Source: Schizochytrium sp. TIO01 (taxonomy: Eukaryota > Protista > Bigyra: Labyrinthulomycetes). From it: a DNA stretch of 64,000 nt. The number at the start of each line of letters is the position of its first letter. Within the stretch, counting starts at the first letter, position 1. Both the position numbers and the translations under genes were made by a program. The notes under the pieces were generated by a model that was not told the origin of the DNA, made no database searches, and worked only from the letters and a program-made list of their open reading frames with translations. Location: positions 1,612,001 to 1,676,000 of the forward strand of contig SMSO01000032.1 in the NCBI GenBank assembly GCA_004764695.1. The letters run 5' to 3'. This document shows positions 36,633 through 49,379 of this stretch, piece by piece.

Positions 36633-37264
36633 AAATCGCTTTATTGGAATTGATCTCAATCAATAGTTTGAAAGGTCGCGTACTCAGCTGCGCAAACTCC
36701 GTTCGCTAGCGCAGGCAGCGGTCAGTCGCTTGCTCACGCAGGCGAAAACGAAGACTGGCTTGCGTGACTCGCTTGACCCTCCTCGCAGTGGCAGCAGGAG
36801 TGACGGTAGGGCCGCGACTGGACATCGGAAGGTCGACCGTCCTCCGCTAGATCGGCTCCAGCGACATCACTTTAGGGGGACTCATTCTCACCTAGAACGA
36901 TACAACAAGAGCCGAGGTCGCTATTCATAAGGATTTGAAAAGCGACAATAATCTTTAACGGAAAATAACACATTTTGCAGATCAGAACTGCCTCCTTTGG
37001 TGACTGACAAGCGAACAGAGTCCGCTTTGTTCAGAAAATTGCTTTCTGGCAAGATTGCTGGCTAAACTCGACATTTTTTCAGACGGGCAGCACAACTCAA
37101 ACTCTTAGGGTAGCCTTGCACAACTATACTCTAGTCTGCAACTGCAAAAGACTCTGTTGAGGTCGATCAACTTGACTTGCCAATTGATAGATACCCTGGA
37201 ACACCTTCTAAAACTGAGCCAACTCTGCGAATTTCTAAGGTTGCCCTGAAGTAATACATATACC

Positions 37265-39178
37265 ATGAAGGTAAACCAAGATGGTCCATCGCAGGACTCT
37301 TCCTCTATTGAAAACATGATTTTCTCACCACCGAGGGAAATAGGACAGTCCGCTTTTCGCCAAGTATGGAAATTCGTTGTTGTCTTTGTGGTCTTTTGTG
37401 GTAGTGTGGTGGCATTCGTCGGTGATGGAGGCATGGGCAACATTGACTCCTTGCTTGGGCAATATGGCGTAACTCGCGTCAAAATTTCATCTTCTATCCT
37501 GAGCTCAGCAACAGGCTACCTGCAGGGCCGTTCTGCTGGTAAGGACTTTTACGATGTTGATGATGAGTGGAACCCTGCTCCCGTGTTTGAGCTTCTTAGT
37601 GAAGAGGACCTACTTAAGGGTTCCCGGAACATTTCTCGGTTGCCAAGGACGATCTCGACTCCCTACAACGAGTTCAAAACAGATATGAGTGAACAGTACT
37701 TTCTGTACTCACCAAGTGGAGGCTGGAGTAACCAGCGTATGTAAGTTTCAGACGTTTTGCAAAATATTACGAAATGCCGCCAGGATTGTGCATGGTGCAT
37801 CTCATCGCAGAATTTTGTGTAATCCTCTTTTTCCTAGTAAGCTGCTCAGCATCCAGTCTCAGGAGGGTAAAACGGGTACCCTATAACGGATGAAGAAGAT
37901 GGCGTGTAGATTCTATGTTCATTTGAAAAATAAGAAAGACGAACTAACAAACATCAATAACCGGTTTCTTACTGCTTCGGTCTCATACATGAACGATGGT
38001 GCTCCCACGAAATGCAACATTAACTGAACAGGTGTCTGCTGAGCGCTATTGGCGTTTGCCGAGACTACAATTTGACGTTGCTTGTCCCGCCTGCAGCCCG
38101 TCACAGCAACTTTGAAGATGGTTACCTTGACCAAACTGTTGAGACCACAATTCCAATGGACCAAGTGTTGGACTTGCCATACATGTCCAAGGCATTTGGT
38201 ATTAACATTGTCCCTTTGAACGGCACTTTGTTTGAATTCTGGAAAAAATACCTCGGTGGAAAACACGAGAACACAGAACTTGTTACCTACCCAAGGTGGC
38301 CTGGCAAGCTCATGCTCGCAAACGGAAAGGTTATTCAGAATGTACGGAAACAAATCCAGCAGGCTAAAACCCCCATCATTTTCGCTAAAGGCCGTTGGTA
38401 CTCTCGTAAATTCTATCCTGAGTGGTATAACGCATATGTGCGCTATTCTCCTTATTTTCAGTCCATCTCACAAAAGGTAGCAGCCGCCATGAATAGAGAT
38501 TTTGATGCATTCCATATTCGCCTGGGTGACTACGAAGAAAGAGCGCTCAAACGTCGCAGCGACTGTAAAGATATGGTAAGCACGGCCATGACTCTTGGCA
38601 TGAACCCTGATCGCCCTGTCTACATTGCAACCGATGGCGAGGTTCGTGATAACATGGGAGAGCTTACCCCATATTTTAAACCGATGAAAGCCTTTAAGCG
38701 CGTGGTGAGCCAGATTGATCTTGCTGAAATTCCTGAAGTCGCCGAGGCGCTCATTGACTTCAAGAACCGTCTTCCAACCACCAAGATCTACATGGACACT
38801 TTTGGTATGATTGAGCAGCTAATCGCTACTCGCTCTCGCGTCTTTGTGGGTACATCTGTTTCAACCTTCAGTCGTACCATTATGCACATGCGTCACTACT
38901 TGATGACAACAGTTCCCGACTTGACTGAAAAGGGAACTGCTGTGACTTGGAATTCTGGATCGAGTTATCTTTCCGGATGGAGTGGTCGTATAGCTTCTCG
39001 CGGGCACACACAGCACCTTGACGAGCCTGTGCCAGAGCTTGAATGGGGCCCCAAGAGTCCCGAAGCTCTACCTGATCGCTTCATTGCTGTTAAATCCCAT
39101 GTAACGGCAGCGAAGGATAAGAAAAAGGCTCGTCAGGAAGCCCGGAAAAAACGTCGCGAAGCAGGGAAGAACAACTAA
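37265..39178 (+). CDS. GDP-fucose O-fucosyltransferase-family (POFUT2/GT68-like) type II membrane protein, paralog 1, 2 exons
   Basis: Exons 37265-37740 and 38032-39178; spliced FLYSPSGGWSNQRMCLLSAI...TLLVPP; FDAFHIRLGD, VYIATD, IEQLIATRSRVFVGTSVSTFS; N-terminal TM. Confidence 0.85.
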
Positions 39179-40830
39179 ATCAAACCTCATGAACCCACAG
39201 ATGAAATTCCAGGTTCCAAATATAAGTAATACATATTTGATTTCAACTATTCTATTCAACTATATAATCTTTCCCCAATACTATCATGCTGACTCCTAGA
39301 TCATTTCTTATTTCTTCTGACTGGGTTGAAAAGTACCAGCGTTTGCTACAGAACTGGTGTTTCTAGGAAATCTTCTGTTGGGAAGCACCGTATACTGTTA
39401 GCTAGGGAAGTCTGAAATTGCGCTAGCTACCTAAAAGAAGCACCTCTATTCAGAAGTCACGCCACCACGGCAGTATACTCTATGCATCCATCCAAAAATA
39501 TAATTGAAGCCGTTTAGTTTTAGGGCAGAAAGCTTAGTTCACTTTGGACATTTCCGACTGTTTTCTAATCTTTATTTTTCCCCATCTCATGTCTCTGAGA
39601 CAGTCTCGATGACCAGCCGTTCTCACAGTAACATTCTGCAGAAGCAAAGCAACTATTTGCGATTGAAGGCAGACGCAATTACACGAGCCTTCTGTGGTTT
39701 TATCATTAATACATGCCTGTTACATGATCACTGTCCTTTTGGGTCATACCAGTGTACTATAAACATCACCGCCCCTTCCAAGTTCTACTAGAAGCTTCAA
39801 TACCTTGAATTAAACATCTTGCATTGTGCTATTTATTTTTTTCAAACCATAATCTCAACGGTTTGGGTGACAGTACAGACTTGAAATTCGTGGAATTGCA
39901 ACTCCTACTACGCAGGCATAGTTTTGTTTTATGAACAAACAAATACGAATAAAGTTAGTTTAACTTACTAATCTGTTGACCCATATTATCATCTTATTGC
40001 CCTAAATCACCTCTCCAAACGTATGTGTGGATCGTCCCGGTAGTGGTGGGATCGTAAGAATTGAGATAGAATAACTGCCGTTATTTCGAATATCTTCGCA
40101 TACCTCCAGGATGAGGAACACTTGGTAGCAACCAAGCCAGTACTTTCAATGTATATATATGTACACATACCAGGACCAAAACAAAAAGTACACCAAATCG
40201 CAAAATCATTGCTAGCCCAATGACCCCCTAACACAGCTATAGCTATCGCAAATTAGAATTTAGACAAAAAGATAGAAGAAGAAAAAGGAGAACAATACAT
40301 TAAGTCACAGATTATCTGTATTTATTGTTTGTCACTCTACCCAGGCAGCGTCTAATCGCGAGACTACTCTTATTTTCTCTTTAAAAAATGGATGTTAAAA
40401 CGGATCAGCATGGTAGTTGAATATAGGGCCTGATGATAGTAAATTATTAATGATTATTATGAATATTAATTGAAAAATTAAAAATATTTATTAATTTTTA
40501 AATAAAATAAAAATAAGAGTTATGCGAGGCATGCAGATAGTACTACTGTTGGCAACGACTCCTGTTGCAAGATCAGCATGTGTGCCTTCATCTTTATCCT
40601 GGAATTCGAAGTTCGTTGTTTCTCAATCACAAAACCATCCTGGGTATAGGCCCACCATACAACATAAATACTAACTCCTGCAAAATATCTCTTCTCAGTC
40701 GAAGCTGGTCGGCTCGCGGGGAACACGGGGAGCGCTGGAACAAGCCTCACGAAACAAGTAAATAAATAGAAGGGAGGAAAAACATAGTCTCTTTTACTCT
40801 CCTTCAAGTTCAGATGGCAAGGTCGAAAGC

Positions 40831-40975
40831 TGAATGAATGAATGAATGAATAAATGAATGAATGAATGAATCAGTCAATCAGTCAATCAGTCAATCAATG
40901 GCAAAAGTATGCATATGGCATGAGTGAGTGAGTGAGTGAGTGAGTGAGGGAGTGTGTGGGTGAATGAATGAATGG
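40831..40975. repeat. compound (GAAT)n/(CAAT,CAGT)n/(GAGT)n microsatellite
   Basis: tgaatgaatg...tcagtcaatcagtcaatc...tgagtgagtgagtg read directly. Confidence 0.9.
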
Positions 40976-41864
40976 GGTGACGACACTTGCCTTGACTGGT
41001 CAGAGCTTGATTGAATGTGCTTCTGTTAGGAATTAAATCCAATCTTTCTTAAACGTTTTGCAGTCTGTTGCAAAGAAATGTGCGGATCAATTGATTTATA
41101 GTGAGCAAAGCAGGAGTCCTCAAGTGGCCATACGACCAGTTCTGTCAAAATTGAGCCAGCACCTCTGGCTGATATGGTTTATAATGATAATGATGATTTT
41201 ATTTTTATTATTTATAATTTTATTATCATGATGAACTTGAAGATGGAATAAAAAATATAATTAAAATAAAATTGAAAAGTATATAGAATTATTATTATTA
41301 AATCTGACGATGCATTGTATTTGTAAGGACAGATGAGTCCAACAAATACGAGAGTCAAGCTGCCGGTGTGCGCATAAGCGCATAACTGAAAGTTCATGCA
41401 AAATCGGATTGTAAGTATTATTCGTTAGAGGAGTTGAGGAGAAGATCAATCAGGGAGATAGCGACTAGTACCATCAACAATCAGAATCTATAATAACCAG
41501 GAACCTCTGAGGCGCAGAAAAAGCTATCACGTGGGCTAATTTATTTTTAATTTCATTTTATTTATGAAATAAAAGAAAGTATAATATTTCAAAAAAAGTG
41601 AGAAAGACTGATATAAGAAAGCAAACTATAGATTTTAACAGGCTATGGTCCTTTCTCAATTTAATAGCAAACAAACATCGTCGCGTGCGCTGGTCCCGAC
41701 TACCTTGCACTGCGAAAAGTTGTCCTTGGCAGAGGTCGCGGGACCTCTGCGGATTGCTGTAGATCTACCAATTATTTTGGCCAGCATAAATCATTGATCA
41801 CCTGCGAGGAAAGAAGCCTTTTCGGCAAGATCGAGAGGTTGTTGATCGATCTCTCAGCATATAC

Positions 41865-43588
41865 ATGTTGAGCGTAAAGAAAGGCACAATGAACTTCAAG
41901 GTGACCACTACCGTGATGGCAGCGGTTGTAGCTTTTGTCTTTATTGCATCCCTAGTTGCATTCACCTCGGACAGCGGGTTGGGCAACATCGATTCCTTGC
42001 TTGGCCAATATTCTTTGTCAAAGGTGGCCATAGGGGCGTCCGATGATGATGTTTTGCCAGACCTGGTCACGAAAGAAAGTGAGCAGTCCGAGTATGATGC
42101 GGATACCGATACCGGGTCCAAAGCAAAGGTGTTTGATATGTTTGACCCTGTAGAGTTTGATCAGAACCGGAAGGCTTCAATCCTTCCCCGAACTGTCCAA
42201 ATGCCCTACAATAACATTAAATACGATGGATCAAAGCAGTACTTTTTGTACAGTCCTTCTGGTGGCTTCAACAATCAGATTCTTTGCATGCTCTCGGCTA
42301 TTTTTATCGCTCGCGAGAACAACTACACGCTGATTGTGCCACCTGGTGGTAAACATTCTAACTTTGAGTAAGTCTCCCCCCCTGTGCATGTTTACCTCGT
42401 TTCTCCTCGCCAGATCTTTCAATCAAAGACTATCAGGCAGGCTTCCTAAATTATTCAGGTTGAACGCCAGCAACATAGTATTGACTAACTTGTATGGAAA
42501 TATACGCTAACTATGACAAATGTGATACATGAAACTGCAGAATGGGATACTACAAACAGCCTGTTGAAACTACCGTTCCTATGGACCAGCTTCTCGATCT
42601 TGACCACATGAGCAAGGCTTTTGGTATTGAGATGGTCCCCATCAATGGAACTCTTGCAGAGTTTCACGTTAATGTCCTTGGAGGCAAGAAGGCCAACACT
42701 GACATCGTCACTTACTTACAGTGGCCTGGTAAAATGAAAGAAGCGACTGAGAAAACTGTTCTGAGTGTGCGCCGGCAAGCAACTGAAGCTAAAACTCCCA
42801 TAGTCTTTGCAAAGGGGCGTTGGTACAGTGGTGGTCGCCGCTTGATTGAGCCGTGGTTCCATGCACATGTTCGCTACTCGCCATACTTGCTCAAGCTCTC
42901 CTATTTAATCTCCAAGAACTTTTTTAACAACGACTTTGATGCGTTCCACGTTCGTCTTGGGGATTACTCAAAGAAAGCTAAGCTTTCTGTTCATGATGGT
43001 TCAGGTTTTGTAAATTTTGGACTTCAGAATGGTTTTTCGAAGGAGAGACCCGTTTACATTGCCACTGATGGTGATGTCTTTGACGATCTCTCTAAGCATA
43101 AGTTCTCCAACTGGTTTAGCCCGTTCCGTGCTTTCAAGAAAGTAATTCCTGAAACCCGTCTCGCAGAGGATGATGAAATTGCTGGGGCGCTGATAGACTT
43201 TCGTAACCGATTGCCAAACTCTGATATCTATCGTGATATGTTTGGTCTCGTTGAGCAACTCGTCTGTGCCCGTGCTCGCACTTTTGTAGGAACATCAGTA
43301 TCCACCTTTACAAAGACTATTGTTCAGAAACGTGTACATCTTAAGAGTGCTGTTCCCGATATGACGTCAAACGCCTGGCCTTGGACTCAAGGTAAAACGT
43401 TTACTATTCGCTGGAACGGTCGCATGGTCTTTCATGCTTTAACGCAAAACCTCACTTCCTCAGAAACCTTTTTTGTTGAGTTTGGTGCTCGCAAGAGAAA
43501 TTCAATCGGTGACCGCCGCCTTAATGATGCATACCTCACTAATGCCTTTAACAACTACTTTGCAACATTGGCCCTTCCGGAGCCCTGA
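41865..43588 (+). CDS. GDP-fucose O-fucosyltransferase-family type II membrane protein, paralog 2, 2 exons
   Basis: Exons 41865-42367 and 42541-43588; FLYSPSGGFNNQ, FDAFHVRLGD, VYIATD, VEQLVCARARTFVGTSVSTFT; clearly homologous to 37265-39178. Confidence 0.85.
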
Positions 43589-45993
43589 GTTAGTAGTTTG
43601 TCCATTGTCTATATTGCATCACTTAACTCTGCAACATACTTTTCTAGAGTTCATTTGGAGCTTTTGCTTTTGAAATCAACTGAACATTCTCTAAAATACT
43701 TTCAAGATACTTGCTGCCTTCCAAGATCCCTATTACAAGGGTTTTCTTGACCAACCCATGCATGGACTATTGAGCAATATTATCTATCACTAGAGTCATC
43801 CTTGAGGTATTGGGAGTATCTACTATTGTGAAGTCCTTTTGGCCAACCAATGCAACAGAAATCAAGAATTAGGTTTTAAACAATGGCTACTGACATCAAA
43901 TTGGGACATCTATTCTCATTAACTATCTTTCTGATGAGAATTTAGTATCTTGGGACGGTATAATCGTTAATTGCTGTCTTTGATGATTCTTTGTAGAATT
44001 CAAAGAGCAGGTTTACCCTGAATTAAAGATTGCGATAAACAACAAAGCCATTCAACTATTTTGTGACGTGCCTTTATCATTTAAACATCGAAGCAAAGCC
44101 CTTATCCTAATTTCCTTTTGCTTTTTGGAGATCAAAATGTCTTGCATTTAGGGAAGACTATCACGGTCAACCAATAGAGATAGCTCTATTTGAGTGCAAT
44201 TGCAAAGTTTTGCTTCTCTTATTCCTTGTTCGTGCGTGAAGATGAATAGGTGCATACATCTTAGCTACGATAGACATTTTTTTGGTTTGCGTAAGTAACC
44301 CTTACTTTCACACCCAGCGCCAAATTTGTTCATGTGTACTCTAAATTGTTGTTCTTGTTCTTGTTCTCGTTTTCGTTTTCGTTCTTGTTGTTCTTATTCG
44401 TGTTCTCATCATGACTTTAGGCAAAACCATTCTTCTGACGATTGTGAAAACTGTCAAACCCAAGGACGAGTTGCCAAGTTCTTTTTGAAGACAAGCTCAC
44501 AGTACTTATCTAGCTAAACACGATAATACACCTTCGGTTTCACGTCAAATTAAACCACTATTTCATGTCCGTTGAAAGGCATTTGTTTACTCAGCCCATC
44601 ACATAAGGACGTTTTTCATATATGCCAAAAAAAAAACACTCTACGTCGCATGTTTGGCTTCTTTCATTTTTGCACTGCATAGTAACTTGGAGAGAATCTT
44701 GCTTTAGCCCCCCGGTTCGCTATCTTATTTCAGAGCCCACGGATCGCGTAGATTAGAGTTGTGACAACATTTGACCGCTGCGGTTGGTCAAAGTCCACAA
44801 CTAAAAGAAATTTATAAATTTTCTCTTTCGACAATTATCCTCACCCTCCAGGAAAATACTAGAATTTGGGCAAAACAATTTCTCTTATCAGGACTTTATC
44901 TTCGCCTGAAACAACTCTTCATCTCTAGAGCAATGGGATTCATTTGCTAGGAACGTACGCAAGGTACAGAATAGGCAGGTAACCAAATATTGCTCGCTAC
45001 ATCCATTTTCTCTGTCCAAAAGGACTATTTGTTCAGGCGCCTGGATATCACCACGGGACGAAGAAAGACCCTACTGTAAATTGTGAGGCTATGTGAAGTC
45101 CAACCACCTCCTGCAAAGTTGTTTCGCAGTTGGGACAGTGATGTCTTCTTCTTTATTATTAGGTGTAGGTGTATGATTTTCTTTACGGTTTTTTCCATTT
45201 TAAAAATAAAAAATAAAATCGTTAGGACCTCGTATTACTATATATTACCTAACTATACTTATTTTTACTGGCAGTAGAATCTTTATAGAAGTAAAAAATA
45301 TGACGCTCCTTGGACTTGAAAGTGACTGTATCATTTGGATCCTCGAACGTTGAGACAACATGACTTAGTCAAAAATCTGCTGGTCGAAGAAGCAAGATTT
45401 CAAAAGATATTCGTGCAGCGCCAACCAGTCTGAAGATTTGTGGATAGCTCCTGCAGGCGTTTACATGCTGGTTTCCTTGGAGGGTTTGGAGCCTCAATCG
45501 GCATGTTCCAATTACAAAGAGGAGACCAGGAGAGTCGAACAAAGAGGACATAGCACCTACAAATAGGTTTAAGGATTAACACAAGTGCATTTTAACTGGT
45601 TCAAGTAGAATATAGATTTAATACTTCACTATCATTAAAAAATTATCATGATCTATGCAGTAATAGAAAGTGGACAGACCTTGAACGCGACCGGATCCCC
45701 AATCGGCAGAGACCAGTGCTCTGGTGGTCTCAAGGTGCCATCTGCGGGCCTGAGGTGTACCGCGGGAAGGCTTGCTACTATTCATCGCGAGCCGCTACGA
45801 GTGTTCCGTTAGTGCAACTATCTCGAGGCTCTTGTTGTTGTTGTCGTGAAATCCTCCTCTTCGGCACTCAGAAAGAGTCAAGAAAATAAGGCAAACCTGA
45901 GTCAACCCCTCCGTTCAGTCGCTTTCGTGCACGCCAGCAACAACAGCATTTCACGAGAACGAGGATTCCTCGTGACGCCGTTTCCAAATCAAG

Positions 45994-48258
45994 ATGAGGC
46001 TCTTTGAGATCCTTCTGATCGTTGGTGTCACCACCATCGGTCTGGGCGTTATGGAGTATTTCTCCTTTTTGTCAATCATAAACCATTTAAATTCGGCTGC
46101 AGGAGGCATCACCGATGTCGTTGTCGAGTGGGATATTGAAAATCCTATGCAGTCTTTTGTAAGACCCCTGGAATCAGCTTCTCAAGATCAATATGACGAT
46201 AGCAATGAGAACTTGAATAGAGAAGACACGCATGATTTGCTGCGTGGTACTGACAGCGGGGTCAAGGCCACGCAGGCGCAGAGTAACATCGCTTCTGAAT
46301 TAGGAAACATCAACTCTGTTGCAACATTCTCATCTAGCGACTTCTTATCCAAGCCTTTTGATAAACTTCAAGATTTCCCTTTCGCGTTTAGAGGTTGGCA
46401 CCCGGAGGCCCGTGAGCAAAGCTATATCCAAAACCGAGGCCTTGTCAACGATAAGGATCGACTAGCACAGAAAACTTATGATCGCCCTGAGCTTGAAGAC
46501 CCCGGAGTGGAGTACCTACCATTCGATGAGAGTTTGGTCCTTCCTGAATGGCAAAACGAACCACGTTTGGTTTACGATATCACAGTCATTCGCCTCCGTG
46601 ATGCGTTTGGTCTTATCAATGACGAAATTCAACCTTTGGAATGGGAAGATATTTTCACACGCGTTATTGGTGTTTATGCACGCTACAATATATACATTCG
46701 CGTGAGCCGTGCTGAGCTTGCTAATACCCATATGTTGGATAAGAAACGGTCGCTTGATTACTTAGCCTACTTGGAGGGTCCAGACTTGGCAGAGCTCATG
46801 CAGATTGACTCGCCACGGCCCTTCGTTAGATTTAGTGCAATGGATCGCGAGTTTGCTCAATGGGTTAGACAGCAATACCAAGAATTATATGGACTACCCC
46901 TTTTAGACCATGCCGCTAAACTACCCAAGGGCCTGAAAACCTTGCTAATGAACACGGATAAATACAACTTCCAGCGTAATATGCTAGAATGGATTGTTGG
47001 CTACCCAATGCGATTACCACCGTGGCATATTGTGAATTCATCGCCCTTCTTCCCACTCTTTTATTTTCACATGCGAAATGGTGAATGCCGTGGAGGCCGT
47101 TTGTTCGGCCGCACGGGTTCCTGTTGGGAGAGACGCAAACCAATTATTGATCCTGCTACTGGAGTACTCTTACGAAACGCAACCTGCAGACGCTTTGAAG
47201 GCGGTCTGAAATCGCGTGCAGACCACCCAGTGCAAATCCGTGCTCATGAGTCCCAGCGCATGCGTGGTGACAGTGCTGCGCGTATGTTGTCTCATGAACT
47301 TGGTCATAACTTCGGAGAGCATCACCCAGCTGACGAATGTAAGCTCTTTACTGATTGGCCAGCTGGTAATCTCATGTATCAGCTTCGCTTTATTGGCCTT
47401 CAGTCGCGTGGTTCCTGTAGTGAAAAGCCGGACCCAAATCAGAATTTAGCCACGTCGCTATCGAAAGAGCAAGTTGTCCGTATCCGGAACCACATCAAAG
47501 AAAAGGATATGCGCCCATCTAAGCCTGTCCCTGGCTCTATTACAATTGGACAAAGTACAATGCAGCTTGGCAGTGCTGCGCGCCATGTAACCCAGCCAAT
47601 GCGTCCTAATCGTTTGGCGTATGTTTCAAAAGTGTTTGAAACTGTTCGCAAGGCCCCATGCTCGTTGCATCAAAGTTTGGTAGTTTTGAATCTGTTGCCT
47701 GCGCCAAAGTCTGGTCGCGTTGCCCGTGTGCGGTGGATGCCTGCGCATCCTTACGTTAAACCATTTCCTGTGGAGGTTTACATTGTACAGCCTGTTTCTC
47801 CGGTGGAGGATGAGCAAAGTACTTTCGCAATTGTGCAACGGTCAGGTCCCCTTGTCATCTCCTACACATACCAGCAGTCTCATCGCGAGTTGGACTTGCC
47901 GGACAATGGACTTCGCATTGAGTCTGGGCAAATGGTTGCGATCGCTCGTTTAGATGGTCATGGTCTCGACATTGACCAGGCTCAATACGCATCGGATGCA
48001 GTGCTCTTTAGTGATGTCTCGGGAGAACTCCCTAGTCTTTATGACACAATTCATGATGCACTCTCACCTCAGCATCTTCCCGATTCTACTGTATACCCTA
48101 AAATTGCTGACAGTCCCAAGCGACACGATGCATTCTTTTATGCACAAACTATTGCTGAGCCTGGGCTCAGCACTTTCGCAGCGCGCCATGGCCCACTCGA
48201 CTATAAGGCTTTATGGTGCTCTCAGCTACTCGTAAACTACGATCTCCGAACAAACTAG
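45994..48258 (+). CDS. secreted or membrane-anchored metzincin-type zinc metallopeptidase
   Basis: N-terminal hydrophobic anchor; HELGHNFGEHH (HExxHxxGxxH) at ~47293-47325, followed by Met-turn-like GNLMY. Confidence 0.75.
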   Translation: MRLFEILLIVGVTTIGLGVMEYFSFLSIINHLNSAAGGITDVVVEWDIENPMQSFVRPLESASQDQYDDSNENLNREDTHDLLRGTDSGVKATQAQSNIASELGNINSVATFSSSDFLSKPFDKLQDFPFAFRGWHPEAREQSYIQNRGLVNDKDRLAQKTYDRPELEDPGVEYLPFDESLVLPEWQNEPRLVYDITVIRLRDAFGLINDEIQPLEWEDIFTRVIGVYARYNIYIRVSRAELANTHMLDKKRSLDYLAYLEGPDLAELMQIDSPRPFVRFSAMDREFAQWVRQQYQELYGLPLLDHAAKLPKGLKTLLMNTDKYNFQRNMLEWIVGYPMRLPPWHIVNSSPFFPLFYFHMRNGECRGGRLFGRTGSCWERRKPIIDPATGVLLRNATCRRFEGGLKSRADHPVQIRAHESQRMRGDSAARMLSHELGHNFGEHHPADECKLFTDWPAGNLMYQLRFIGLQSRGSCSEKPDPNQNLATSLSKEQVVRIRNHIKEKDMRPSKPVPGSITIGQSTMQLGSAARHVTQPMRPNRLAYVSKVFETVRKAPCSLHQSLVVLNLLPAPKSGRVARVRWMPAHPYVKPFPVEVYIVQPVSPVEDEQSTFAIVQRSGPLVISYTYQQSHRELDLPDNGLRIESGQMVAIARLDGHGLDIDQAQYASDAVLFSDVSGELPSLYDTIHDALSPQHLPDSTVYPKIADSPKRHDAFFYAQTIAEPGLSTFAARHGPLDYKALWCSQLLVNYDLRTN

Positions 48259-49379
48259 GTATATTGACAGATCTGATGTATATTCTCTTTGCCTTGATGA
48301 AAAAAAAGAAACAAAGTTTAAAATCGAATGCTTAACACACAATCAAATGAGCTTTTCTAGGATGCACCATTACTCAATACCGGATCAACTTGACTCATTG
48401 ATGCGAATCAGTCTTCATCTTTCAAAAAGAAACAAAGAATTTTTTCAATCTTGCGCTCAAGGCCTGGCCATTACCTTTATTTTAAAGCCAAAGTTGGAGA
48501 GCACACTATTGCTGGAATGAATCGAGCAGAAATCCCAAGGCAAGCTGTTTCTACTTATCACCTACCTGCCTATGCATGTATCGTCTGGATATTTACTTGA
48601 AGACTCCTCTAACAAATGTACAGTAAAGGAATTGTAGTATACTCTTGAAAGAGACTTTACGATTGTTGTTCGAACATCGTCTCGCTTTCTCAGTGCATCA
48701 TTTGAAATGTGACGGCTGCTAGAGCAGGAAAATAAGGCTTCATTGCATCGTCCAGACTCAGGCGCTGGCTCGGCGGAGCCTTTTCCAGTTTGAGCCTATT
48801 GCGACGACTCGTGAAATATTTTGATGGTACTTCTAATTAGACCCTTTCTGATAACAAAGATTTCGCATCTACCGAATGTCGAAAAGTTGGTGTTGGAGAT
48901 GGCACACATTGCAATCAGGCAAGATAACGCTAGATTCAGTTTTTAGTTGAGCCTAGAAAAATTATAGGTGCATACCCCCATTGTACACACCTCTTAATTA
49001 TGCACCTAATATGACTAAGACTAATGCGGCCATATAGACGAGGAATGTGATCTATATGCTCTCATTAACCTTATAGCTAATCTTACATCGTGAGAAGGAG
49101 GATTCAAACTCGTGTAGCTTGAAGATGAGCAGCCTAGAGGACGAAGTCCAGCCCGGATCGTTCTATTCAATAGAATAGCAAGTCAAGTGGAAGTTGAACT
49201 GCAGTAAATAAGCAACGGGCACTTTTACGGATACCGAGAGAAATATAAAATGACTTCTTTCTTACCTACCTAACAAGTGCAAAGGTATTTGTTGCAGACA
49301 ATCAAGGTCTGCAAGCAATTCCACAACTGCTTTGTACTGACTTCGTTCGGCAGAAAGTCCCAGAAGAACAATAAGAAGC

